Source: an uncultured Phycisphaerales bacterium (GTDB lineage: Bacteria > Planctomycetota > Phycisphaerae > Sedimentisphaerales > Anaerobacaceae). From it: a stretch of 64,000 nt of DNA. Below, piece by piece: positions 33,068 through 44,428 of the stretch. Position 1 is the first letter of the stretch. Each line of letters begins with the position of its first letter. Location of the stretch: positions 32,001 to 96,000 of the forward strand of contig CAVYYI010000001.1 in assembly GCA_963772725.1 (NCBI GenBank), given 5' to 3'. The position numbers and the translations under genes are program-made. The notes beneath the pieces are model-generated. The model made no database searches and was not told where the DNA came from. It worked only from the letters and a program-made list of their open reading frames with translations.

Positions 33068-34721
33068 AAGACTTCTGCAAAATGAATGATTTTTAGCAGA
33101 GGTCGGAACGGATAAACAACGCAATGGCAGTGGAACTGATGGATTATTGCAGCATGAGTGTGAATTTTGGTTTTTTTAAGGCCAGAAGGCCTGTCTAGAG
33201 ACAGAGTATCCCCGAGAGTTCTGTCTTAGCTCTTTGAAAAGTTAATCGTTCAACGTCAACTGAGACATCAGCCGGCCTTGCGTCGGTTTGGTATTTGTGC
33301 GAATGTTTTATGGCAACGCATTTTCCCGGGCTGTTTAAGCAATATAGCAGCGGCAACGCCGATAAGACTTGCCGTCAGATGAGCGATTGTCATCTGATTA
33401 CGCACGGTTTTCAATGAATAGTGCGTAGTCTGTTCAGCTTCACGGTCTCCTAACCGAGCAAAGTATTGCTCAACTGATTCTCTTTGCTTGAAAGTTTCCT
33501 TAAATTCCCTTGAATCCCTTGGGACACGCGAACGTGCATCTTCAGTGATATCAATGTACTTGGTACAGCCGTAGCATTTGCCGGTATTGAAGGATGGAAG
33601 GTTTACCGGACAGGTGTTACTAAGTTTTTCAGCAGTCTTTTTGCTGACCTTTAAGGGGCAGCGAAACTTGATGCGTTCACGATTGCCCTCGGTCCATCTT
33701 CCGGTCGACCTCATTTCAAGACCAGCATCACAGATGGGACAGCCGTGAGGGCCAAAAGTCTTGTCATCTTTCTGATTTCTTGGGTTGATTGGGATATATG
33801 GGTTTCCCTTCATCTTTCCAACTATAAAGGTGTACAGGTCTCTGACATCGTAGGCCTTATCCGCAAGAAACAGAAAGCCTTTTCTGACCCTGTATCTGCG
33901 TTTGAGTTCTTTAAGCAGCTTGAAGGCAACCTGCTGGTCTGTGGTGTTGTTTGGCAGAGTTATTTCAACAAGCGATATTCCTTGTTTTGAGATTATGACA
34001 TGTGTCCTGTATCCCCAGAAGAACAGCATGTTTTCCTTTTTGCCGTTGAGGACCTGACAAGAATAATAGCTCAATGTTGCAGCAGGATTTCGAGTGGGCG
34101 TCTTGGTTTTATCGGTGGTGTTTCGGGCGGGATTTTTGAGATTATTTTCTTTTGTGGCAGCCATAACAGGTTTGGAGTCAATGATCAAGGTATCAAGGCT
34201 GACTAATCCCTGTTCGATAAGCCGCTGATTTAGACGGTAATGAATTTCTTTGAGAACAGAGTTATCGGTATCTGCCAAGAAACGATAGAATTGGGATTCG
34301 TCCGGCATATTCCCGAGCGTAAAGCCGCACAGTTCCAGCAGAGGCGGATTGGCTTGAAGATATTCGATAAGCTCAGGGACAGATTTTATTTGCTGAAGAT
34401 GTTTGACGATGAGTGCTCTCAGGATGGCATGTCGTGAGTGACCTGTTCTGCCGACACCGAAGTTTCTGTCGGGCAGAATGGAAATATCGAGAGCCTGAAA
34501 GAGATAGAAGTACTTTCGCAGCAGCGATGAATTTCTGACAAGCTCCTGGAGGTCATAAAATAGTGACGTTTGAACGTGGTACATAAAAAAATCTCCTTTA
34601 TTTTGGTTGTAAGTCCTTTTACTGACAACGCTTACATAATATCCAAAATGGAGGAGATTGCAAGAAAAATAATGACATAAGTCGTTATTTAACAAATATT
34701 TATGAATTTTACAAAAGGCTT
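33068..34721 (-). mobile_element. Insertion sequence with DDE transposase (IS4/IS5/IS1182 clan; family not resolved)
   Basis: TIRs AAGACTTCTGCAAAAT vs reverse complement AAGCCTTTTGTAAAAT; 11-bp TSD TTCACTCCGTA at 33057-33067 and 34722-34732. Confidence 0.9.
33268..34695 (-). CDS. DDE transposase; real start probably MYHVQ at 34584
   Basis: IIDSKP, FWGYRTH, LADKAYD, Cys-rich insertion and R..VE..F motifs. Confidence 0.9.
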   Translation of the reverse strand: MLNNDLCHYFSCNLLHFGYYVSVVSKRTYNQNKGDFFMYHVQTSLFYDLQELVRNSSLLRKYFYLFQALDISILPDRNFGVGRTGHSRHAILRALIVKHLQQIKSVPELIEYLQANPPLLELCGFTLGNMPDESQFYRFLADTDNSVLKEIHYRLNQRLIEQGLVSLDTLIIDSKPVMAATKENNLKNPARNTTDKTKTPTRNPAATLSYYSCQVLNGKKENMLFFWGYRTHVIISKQGISLVEITLPNNTTDQQVAFKLLKELKRRYRVRKGFLFLADKAYDVRDLYTFIVGKMKGNPYIPINPRNQKDDKTFGPHGCPICDAGLEMRSTGRWTEGNRERIKFRCPLKVSKKTAEKLSNTCPVNLPSFNTGKCYGCTKYIDITEDARSRVPRDSREFKETFKQRESVEQYFARLGDREAEQTTHYSLKTVRNQMTIAHLTASLIGVAAAILLKQPGKMRCHKTFAQIPNRRKAG

Positions 34722-37158
34722 TTCACTCCGTATGATAAGGAGTACGTGGTAACGTACGACAATAATATGACAGGTCCGCTTACTACAGCCGTTGATTTAG
34801 GCAATTACTACGCGATTTCAGGCAACCGCACCACTGCGTGCAAGATTTACTCTCTGGAAAAGAAACCAAGTTTCACAGGACATCTTTTCTATAATGCTCT
34901 GGAGTGGTACCGTCTATACGGCAATTCCAGTGATTTGAGTACTGCCATCACCGGTGCATACACCACTATCGCCGACCATTACAGGTACACTGATTTCTGG
35001 AAGTTTATGGAAATTTACGAAGAAACAGGCGACCCGAACTTCCTGACAGAGGCTACAAAGGCCGGTTATGAATTCCTGACGTCTCTTAATGTTAACCCGC
35101 GGGTTTTCGATGAAAATATTTTAGTGGATGAATTTGACCAGGCTCCGATACACTTCGGAACTCCGGGCAGGCACGTGCTGTGGGGATTTGACCCGCCGCT
35201 TCCTATGTACGCTCCTGAGCAAACCGTGCCCACGTGGCGTCCGGCCCTTACGGGTTTATTCCCAATGGCATATCGTGCATTTACATTCATTGAATACCCC
35301 GGCGGATTAACACGTCTGGCATGGTATGCAAACGATGACCTTATGCGAACAATGGCGCGATGGGCAATCGTCGGCAGATGGGCGAATTACCCCGGTCAGC
35401 AGTTCTCGAGAACACATTCATTAGTCTATGAACAAGATGACTTCTGCATGCATCCTCTTGAATATATGACGTTTACATCAATGCATTTGTGGCATCACTG
35501 GCAGTATATACCCTGGACGATTGACTTTATGGTTAATGAAGCGATAACCAGGTCAGAAGGCAACATCGATTTCCCATCCCGGAGACTCTTTGACGGCGGC
35601 GCCGGTGGAAGAATAAACATCTGGGGCGACAGGCCCGGTTCATTCTACGGCGATGACGATGTAAGACTCTGGATTCCCAATAACCTTCTTACGCTCGGCA
35701 GTCAGCAGATTAACTACATCGCAGGCTACGGCAACGGCAATCTTTACCTTGCCCTGTCGAACGAGTCCGCAAGTGCTCTCAGCAACGTCAGCTTAAGTGT
35801 AAGCTCCAGTAAAGTCTCTTATGGCTCTTCGCATACGATAAAGGTCTGGAAGAATAATGTCGCTCAAAGCGATAAGACCCTATCGAACGGCACTGTGAAC
35901 GTTGATATTCCTGCGAAAGGCCTTACAGCTCTGATTATTGAGGGTGTTGATGCTATAACAAGCAGGGTTCATACCAACCTGTTCAAACCAGCTTATACGC
36001 TGACAGATAAGAGTCTTGTCAGGGATACTACTACCGAAAGTTATGGCAGTATGATAGGTATGATTCTTTCCTTTGGTCCTGAGCTGACCGAGGCATATAC
36101 CTATACCGATGCCCGACCTTCATACTCACAGAACATTGCAGGCGATACTAACAACGTAAAGATGATTTACAGGCTTGACGGTGGTTCATGGTTGTCGACT
36201 GCAGTGGACCATAAATTCCCATTTGAGTTCTCTGTACAGATTAGTCCGGACATCAACACCTTTGAATATAAATACGAGGAAAGAAATGACAATAATGTGC
36301 TTACAACGTTGAGCGTCTATACACTAATAGTTACCCCTTACCATGCCAGCAAACCGAGTCCTGCGCATGAGGCACACGCAAAATCAACTGCTGACTTAAG
36401 CTGGAAGGCGGGATACTATGCCGCTTCACACAATGTTTACTTCGGCACATCTGAGAGCGCTGTTACTACTGCAACAACCGCTTCATCGGTTTACAAAGGC
36501 AACCAGACAGGAAAAACTTATGACCCGGGTGCTTTGACAGCGGGTGTAACTTATTATTGGCGAATTGACGAAGTTAATGCCGGCGACAGCAACAGCCCGT
36601 GGAAGGGTGCTGTCTGGAACTTTAGAGTGGAGAACATGATTGACCCCAATAGTTTGACTGCTACCGCAATAAACAACTACCTTAACCGTGATCCTGTATA
36701 TGCGGTAAACAGTGCGGGTATGTCAGGTGATGCTCATGCGAGTGACACCCCTGTATACAAGATGTGGATGGGCGCAAACGGCACTTGGCCGAAGTGGTTC
36801 AAGGTTGACCTCGGCAGCAGCACCAGTATGGATTTCATGAGGATTTGGAATTTCAACTGGACAGGCTATACCACCCGCGGCTGTCAGGGTGTCAACCTTT
36901 ATTACTCCAATTCCGGTTCTGACCCCGGCAACCCGGTAGATAATCCCGGCAACTGGACGGCTATCGGCAGCGCATTTGATTTACACAGCGCCGGGTGCGA
37001 GTGATTACGGTACAACTAATGCGGTCAAACCCGACGAAGTGGACCTCTCAGGTATTACAGCTCGATGGATATCAATCAAGGTTAACGGTCACTATGGCGG
37101 CAACTATGGCGGTCTCAGCGAGATACGGTTCTATAAGGAGTAATGTTTTTCAGTAAAG

Positions 37159-37240
37159 TTTCATCCTTGACGAGTATTATCTTTGGTATTGAAAAAACAA
37201 CAAAAAGGCGTGGCGGGCAAACTGCTCGCTACGCTTTTTT
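37159..37240 (+). repeat. Cassette-boundary direct repeat, copy C, with terminator-like hairpin
   Basis: TTTCATCCTTGACGAGTATTATCTTTGGTATTGAAAAAACAACAAAAAGGCGTGGCG...CGCTACGCTTTTTT. Confidence 0.85.
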
Positions 37241-37299
37241 TGTCTTTTTTTCAAAATTAATTCTTGCTATCGACGTTAATCTGGTATAATTAAGGTGCT

Positions 37300-37944
37300 A
37301 TGGCTAAGTATCCAATATATCTTGAGCTTAGCGGCAAGCGTGTCGTAGTCGTGGGGGCTGGCGTTGTAGCTGCACGGAAAGTTCAGTCGCTGTTATCGAC
37401 AGGATCCCGCATTGTGGTCGTGGGCGAACATGTTGACGATACCTTAACCGCAATTTGTCAGGAAGGCGGCGTTGAGCTTATCAGGGCAAAATATGCCAAG
37501 GATTATCTCGGACGTGCAGTTCTTGTTATCGCGGCGACAAATGACAATCAGCTCAACAGGCAGATATACAAAGACTGCCAGGAGCTGGAAATTTTATGCA
37601 ATGTTGTCGATGAGCCGGAACTGTGCGATTTCTTTGTGCCGGCGGTTATCGAGCGGGGTAATCTTCAGATTGCGGTCTGCACGGAAGGAACGTGTCCGGC
37701 TTACGCGGGCCACATAAAGAAAAAACTCGAACAGATTTTCACTGAGAAACACGGGCAATTCCTGGCTGAACTCGAAAAAGTAAGGAAACAAGTTGTAAGC
37801 GATATACCTGAGATGGCAGACCGCAAAGCGATTTTGGGACAACTGGTTGACGATGAGTCGTTCGATTATTTTGTGAAAAACGGCCCGACAGCATGGTGCA
37901 GCCGAGCCGAAAAAATCGCGAACCAATACGAGAATCGCGTCTGA
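37300..37944 (+). CDS. Precorrin-2 dehydrogenase/sirohydrochlorin ferrochelatase (CysG N-terminal/SirC type)
   Basis: YPIYL, VVVVGAGVVAARK, IAATND and NVVDEPELCDF.VPA motifs. Confidence 0.92.
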   Translation: MAKYPIYLELSGKRVVVVGAGVVAARKVQSLLSTGSRIVVVGEHVDDTLTAICQEGGVELIRAKYAKDYLGRAVLVIAATNDNQLNRQIYKDCQELEILCNVVDEPELCDFFVPAVIERGNLQIAVCTEGTCPAYAGHIKKKLEQIFTEKHGQFLAELEKVRKQVVSDIPEMADRKAILGQLVDDESFDYFVKNGPTAWCSRAEKIANQYENRV

Positions 37945-38274
37945 TTACGCCTGAATGGTGTCGATTGTAACGTGCAGATACTTCTGACGGTGGCCGATAC
38001 GTTTCTTGCTGTTCTTGCGCCTGCGAAAATAGGTCGAAAAGACCTTTTTGCCTTTTACAACGGCGTCCTGCGCAACGGTTTTAAACGAAGCGATTACCTT
38101 TGCCCCCTCTATATAGGGCGTACCTATCTTAATTTTCTCGCCATCGCTCACGAACAGAACCTTATTCAGCTCTATGGTCTTGGCTTCAGGGGCAACTTCG
38201 GTCAACTCGATATCCAGGCTGTCGCCCTGTGCAACCTTATATTGTTTTCCGCCTTGTTCAATTACTGCGTACAT
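37945..38274 (-). CDS. rplU: 50S ribosomal protein L21
   Basis: MYAVIEQGGKQYKV...RRRKNSKKRIGHRQKY. Confidence 0.96.
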   Translation of the reverse strand: MYAVIEQGGKQYKVAQGDSLDIELTEVAPEAKTIELNKVLFVSDGEKIKIGTPYIEGAKVIASFKTVAQDAVVKGKKVFSTYFRRRKNSKKRIGHRQKYLHVTIDTIQA

Positions 38275-38424
38275 TCCTAAAAAACTCCTTAGCTTTGTCG
38301 TACTTAAATTTACAGAAACAGGTATTCTATGATTATTCCATTTTTTTGTAAAGCAAAATTTGATATTTTTGTTGTCTCTTGCCGAATATGTTATAGAAAT
38401 CGACGATTTTAGGAGCATTTTTTT

Positions 38425-39258
38425 ATGCAGATAGCGATGATACAGGGCAAAATGATGCCATTTGAACAATTTGAACCGGCTTATTTAGACCGCGGTTTAT
38501 ATTTTGGCGACGGTGTTTATGAGGTTTTGCGCAGCTATAACGGCAAAATTTTCGCCCTCGAAGAGCATATACAGCGATTCGCCAACAGCCTGGCAGCAAT
38601 TGAAATAACAAGCGTGGATGTCAGCGAGATAAAGCTTCGTGTGCAAAAGGCCTATGAAGCGGCGGCAATTTCCAACGCAAAAATTTATTTTCATATTACA
38701 CGGGGCTCCGGGCCGCGAAATCATAGCTGGGATTCGAATCTCAAGCCGAATTTTTTTATGACAATTACCGAACTGGAAGACAATCCCAAGCTCAAGACTG
38801 ACGGCGTTGCGGTGTCTTTGTATCCTGATATGCGTTGGAAAAGATGTGATATAAAGTCCCTGAATCTTCTTCCGAACGTCCTCGCTCACCAAGATGCCAA
38901 GAAAAAAGGCTGTTTCGAGGCGATACTGGTCAACGATGCCGGGCTTATAACAGAGGGGTCAAGCTCTGCGTTTTTCGAGATTTTTGGCAAAAATCTGCAA
39001 ACCGCACCGCTGTCCGTAAATATTCTGCCATCGGTAACACGCAAATTCATTCTTAAAGCCGCGAAAAATATCGGTATGGGAATAATTGAAAAAGCGTTAA
39101 CGCCACAACAGGCCGCGGCAGCGGATGAGCTTTTTCTTGCCGTTACCACTAAGGACATTATCGGCATAGTTAAATTTGACGGAAAAATTATCGGCGACGG
39201 CAAACCAGGAAAGTACACAAAAATGCTCACGGAAGAGTTCCGCTCCTTTACTGTCTAA
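38425..39258 (+). CDS. Class IV PLP aminotransferase (D-alanine aminotransferase-like)
   Basis: DRGLYFGDGVYE, RWKRCDIKSLNLL, ITEGSSS and ILPSVTR motifs. Confidence 0.9.
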   Translation: MQIAMIQGKMMPFEQFEPAYLDRGLYFGDGVYEVLRSYNGKIFALEEHIQRFANSLAAIEITSVDVSEIKLRVQKAYEAAAISNAKIYFHITRGSGPRNHSWDSNLKPNFFMTITELEDNPKLKTDGVAVSLYPDMRWKRCDIKSLNLLPNVLAHQDAKKKGCFEAILVNDAGLITEGSSSAFFEIFGKNLQTAPLSVNILPSVTRKFILKAAKNIGMGIIEKALTPQQAAAADELFLAVTTKDIIGIVKFDGKIIGDGKPGKYTKMLTEEFRSFTV

Positions 39259-39461
39259 AAGTCCTTCCAAATGACAATCTAACGCGGCGAGACTAAGTCG
39301 TCACCAATTTAGCCGCTAAGCTGATATAATTAAATTGACGAAGCGACCTTTGTGATAGATACTAACCGGATGAATCCAATTGCCTCGGCAGGTAATATGA
39401 CGCTCTTTGAAAGCAGCGATGAAGAGAATTTGAAAATATTATATTATTTGGGGTATATAAA

Positions 39462-39998
39462 ATGACAAATAAACTGTTGATGCTGGCTGTGTGTGTTTTA
39501 TTAAGTATCGTAGGTTGCACAGGTACTGACAAAACCGGCAATAGTAACCGCACCCTTAATAAGCAATTTCCGGCATTTCTGGCAGGTACCTGGGAGCCAA
39601 ATGAGAGCAAGTGGATTTTTACTTTTGAGCCGAATGGGACTATCTCAAAATTTCAGCATTTTGTTGGAATGGAATTTATAGTGGCACAGGGCGGCCTTGT
39701 TGAGCCGTGGCGCAACGACGCGGAAGCAATCTACTCCCTTGGTCCCTGCGAGGCTTCGTATGAGCCGAAGACACGGCAATTGAGTGTAAAAATTGTCATA
39801 GAACATTATGTAATCAAATTCATCAACGGTTCAATGGAAGGAAGTTTTCATGACACTCTCGTTGGGCCTGTTTCCGAAGACGGCAAAATCTGGAATGCCT
39901 CATGGATAAGCACCTGTGAAATAACCGGGCATGGTACGGACACAATGAAGCCCAAGATGCTTATCTTCACAAAAGTATCCGACAAAACCTCGAAATAA
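39462..39998 (+). CDS. Hypothetical lipoprotein
   Basis: Lipobox-like IVGC after a hydrophobic stretch. Confidence 0.65.
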   Translation: MTNKLLMLAVCVLLSIVGCTGTDKTGNSNRTLNKQFPAFLAGTWEPNESKWIFTFEPNGTISKFQHFVGMEFIVAQGGLVEPWRNDAEAIYSLGPCEASYEPKTRQLSVKIVIEHYVIKFINGSMEGSFHDTLVGPVSEDGKIWNASWISTCEITGHGTDTMKPKMLIFTKVSDKTSK

Positions 39999-40045
39999 AC
40001 CGAAACGTTGGCGGACGCAGGCAAATCATTTTTGGGAGCGTAATT

Positions 40046-40411
40046 TTGTTCACAATCAGCGTTGAAACAAGTTTTTGGGCATCGCATCAGTTGACGCTGC
40101 CGGACGGCTCAAAAGAACATCCGCACTGGCATAATTGGCTGGTCTCGGTTAAGGTCGCCGGTGAAAGCCTTAATAAAATGGGGTTGCTTATGGACTTTGG
40201 TGTGTTGAAAAAGATGCTCGAAGCAATAGTCGCACCTTTTAGAAATGTCAGTCTCGAAACCATCGAATATTTTCAGCGGAACAACTCGTCGGCGGAAATG
40301 GCAGCTAAATATATTTATGAGAAGCTTGAGCTTGATATGCCGAAAGATGTCAAACTTATGTCCGTGAAAATAGTCGAGGAGCCGTTTTGCTCAGCAAAAT
40401 TCAGCAAATAA
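40046..40411 (+). CDS. queD: 6-carboxytetrahydropterin synthase-like protein
   Basis: F.ASH.L, H.HNW, G.LMDF and SAE motifs. Confidence 0.8.
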   Translation: MFTISVETSFWASHQLTLPDGSKEHPHWHNWLVSVKVAGESLNKMGLLMDFGVLKKMLEAIVAPFRNVSLETIEYFQRNNSSAEMAAKYIYEKLELDMPKDVKLMSVKIVEEPFCSAKFSK

Positions 40412-40545
40412 CACTTTTGACCGCAAAGTTGCCGCTTATAACTGCCGATATTTAACATAGAAACTCAAATGGAAAAACTGTGGATAAATTTTAAATATTT
40501 AATATTTTTCCGCAAAACAGAAAATGGTATAATACCCGCAAGGAA

Positions 40546-41049
40546 ATGTTTATGCAGTGCCAGATTTGTAATAAAAACGAAGCAACCATTCATCTGACCG
40601 AGATTTCGGACGGTGTGCGAAACGAAACGCATATCTGCGAACAGTGTGCTATTGAACAGGGCATCGCCGTTAAGAGCCAGATGCCGATAAACGAATTACT
40701 CAATAATCTGCTGATTTCTCAGCCGTCGGAAGAGGAAATATTCAGTCCTCTTGAAAAAGAGGTGTCGTGTCCTCACTGCGGCTTCACGCTCGAAAGATTC
40801 CGCAAGGAAGCGGTGCTGGGCTGTCCGGCCGATTACGAGGTTTTTGAACAATTTTTGCTTCCTCTTATAGAAAAGGCACAGAACGGCAAAACAATTCATT
40901 GCGGAAAAGTTCCCTCCAAAGTTGGGGTTGAATTAAAAAGTAAAATAGACCTTTCAATAACAAAAAAGCAGCTTGATGAGGCGGTTGCCGCCGAAGATTA
41001 TGAACTGGCGGCTAAACTGAGAGACAAGATAAAACAGCTTGAACAATAG
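40546..41049 (+). CDS. mcsA: Protein-arginine kinase activator
   Basis: CxxC clusters, LGCPADY, HCGKVP and UVR motif EDYELAAKLRD. Confidence 0.92.
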   Translation: MFMQCQICNKNEATIHLTEISDGVRNETHICEQCAIEQGIAVKSQMPINELLNNLLISQPSEEEIFSPLEKEVSCPHCGFTLERFRKEAVLGCPADYEVFEQFLLPLIEKAQNGKTIHCGKVPSKVGVELKSKIDLSITKKQLDEAVAAEDYELAAKLRDKIKQLEQ

Positions 41050-41063
41050 AAACGGCGTTTATA

Positions 41064-42194
41064 ATGAAACTGACTGAAATTAGTAATGATGTAAATGAAT
41101 GGTTCAGCGGCAGGGGGCCTCTGGCGGATATTGTCATATCATCCAGAATTCGATTGGCCAGAAACCTTGCGGGCCATAAGTTTCTCTGCTGCCTGCTCGA
41201 ACGATGATAAAGCCGAAATACTGCAAAAACTCAAGGATGTTTTGCTGTCCTTGAATCTGGGTGGAAAAAACTTTTATATGAGCATAGATAAGGCGCAGCC
41301 TCTCGAAAAGGATTTTCTCGTCGAGCGGCATCTTATCAGCCGTCATCATGCTTTTGGCAAAGGCCCGCGCGGAGCGGTGATCGCCGAAGATGAGTTTTTT
41401 ACCGCGATGATAAACGAGGAAGACCATCTGCGGACTCCAGGTACTTCAAGGCGGCCTTCAGCATAAGGCAGTGCTGGCGAGCAGATAAACCACATCGACG
41501 ATATGATTGAAAAGAAAGTCTGGAATACGCCTTCAGCCCGCGTTACGGCTATCTGACCGCCTGCCCGACCAATCTGGGAACTGGAATAAGGGTTTCGGTG
41601 ATGCTGCATCTGCCCGCGCTGAAAATGGCCGGCCATATAGAAAAATTTTTCAACGCTACAAGGGCGATGGACCTTGCCGTTCGAGGGCTGTTCGGCGAAG
41701 GCACCGAGGCTATCGGTGATTTTTATCAGCTTTCAAACCAGGTAACGCTCGGTATTTCAGAAGATAGCGTCGTGAACGATTTTGAAAACAGGATTGTCCC
41801 CGAAATTGTCGAATATGAAAATCAGGCAAGAAAATGGCTTCTCGCAAAAGATAAAGATGTTCTCGACGATAAAATTTCCCGCGCGATGGCCCTCCTGAAA
41901 AACGCACATCTAATAAGCTCGCAGGAGGCCCTGTTTTTGCTCAGCCACCTGCGACTCGGCATCAATATGCACACTCGCCTCGGCGCTTCGACCCCAGCAA
42001 TCGAGAGTCTGTGCAAACTTAAAGAAAAAAATGACGATTCGAACAACCCCTCTCCTATCACGATTACCACGATAAACAGGCTGTTTATGCTGACACTACC
42101 GGCCCATTTACAACTGAATTACGGCAAACCCCTCAACCCGACGCACAGAGACGCCCTGCGAGCCGAAATCATCCGTTCGATGCTAAGTCAGTAG
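41064..42194 (+). CDS. mcsB: Protein-arginine kinase, split by frameshifts
   Basis: IVISSRIRLARNL, LVERHLIS, MINEEDHLR, GYLTACPTNLGTG and YQLSNQVTLG in successive frames. Confidence 0.92.
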
Positions 42195-42240
42195 CGTTCA
42201 GTTTTTGAAAACCCGCCTGAAGTCTTCGGATTATTTCCCC

Positions 42241-42366
42241 TGCCAAAATGGCACAGTGGCCTAAGAGCTGAAAAGTAATGGGGTTTGGATATTTACTTAA
42301 GACCTTATAATATAAAGGATTAAGTATTGTGGCTGAATCGATGGTTAAGCTGGCACAGGTTTTGCA
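42241..42366 (+). promoter_or_regulatory. Sigma54 (-24/-12) promoter of dnaK with upstream palindrome
   Basis: CTGGCACAGGTTTTGCA (GG-N10-GC) at 42350-42366; TGCCAAAATGGCA at 42241-42253. Confidence 0.72.
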
Positions 42367-42423
42367 CAATAAACAGGGCAAGCGTAAGGTATTGCGCGGG
42401 AATTATAATGAAAGGGAAAAAAT

Positions 42424-44365
<1,942 letters not shown>

Positions 44366-44396
44366 GAAATCAAAAACAAATAGTTTTTGACTCGTT

Positions 44397-44428
44397 AAAG
44401 AGTACCGAAATGTATCGGTACTCTTTTT
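44397..44428. terminator. Bidirectional terminator between dnaK and mnmE
   Basis: AAAGAGTACCGA-loop-TCGGTACTCTTTTT. Confidence 0.75.

Larger units (their letters stand above)
31005..37143 (+). pseudogene. Paralogous giant secreted protein interrupted by an IS; ends in a discoidin/F5-8-like domain (extra frameshift near 36990)
   Basis: Removing the IS and one TSD restores the frame (AVFTPYDKEYVVTYDNNM, aligning to SYFHPYNYNYNLQMSYDNNM). C-terminus has WFKVDLG..RIWNFN..GLSEIRFY. Confidence 0.88.
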
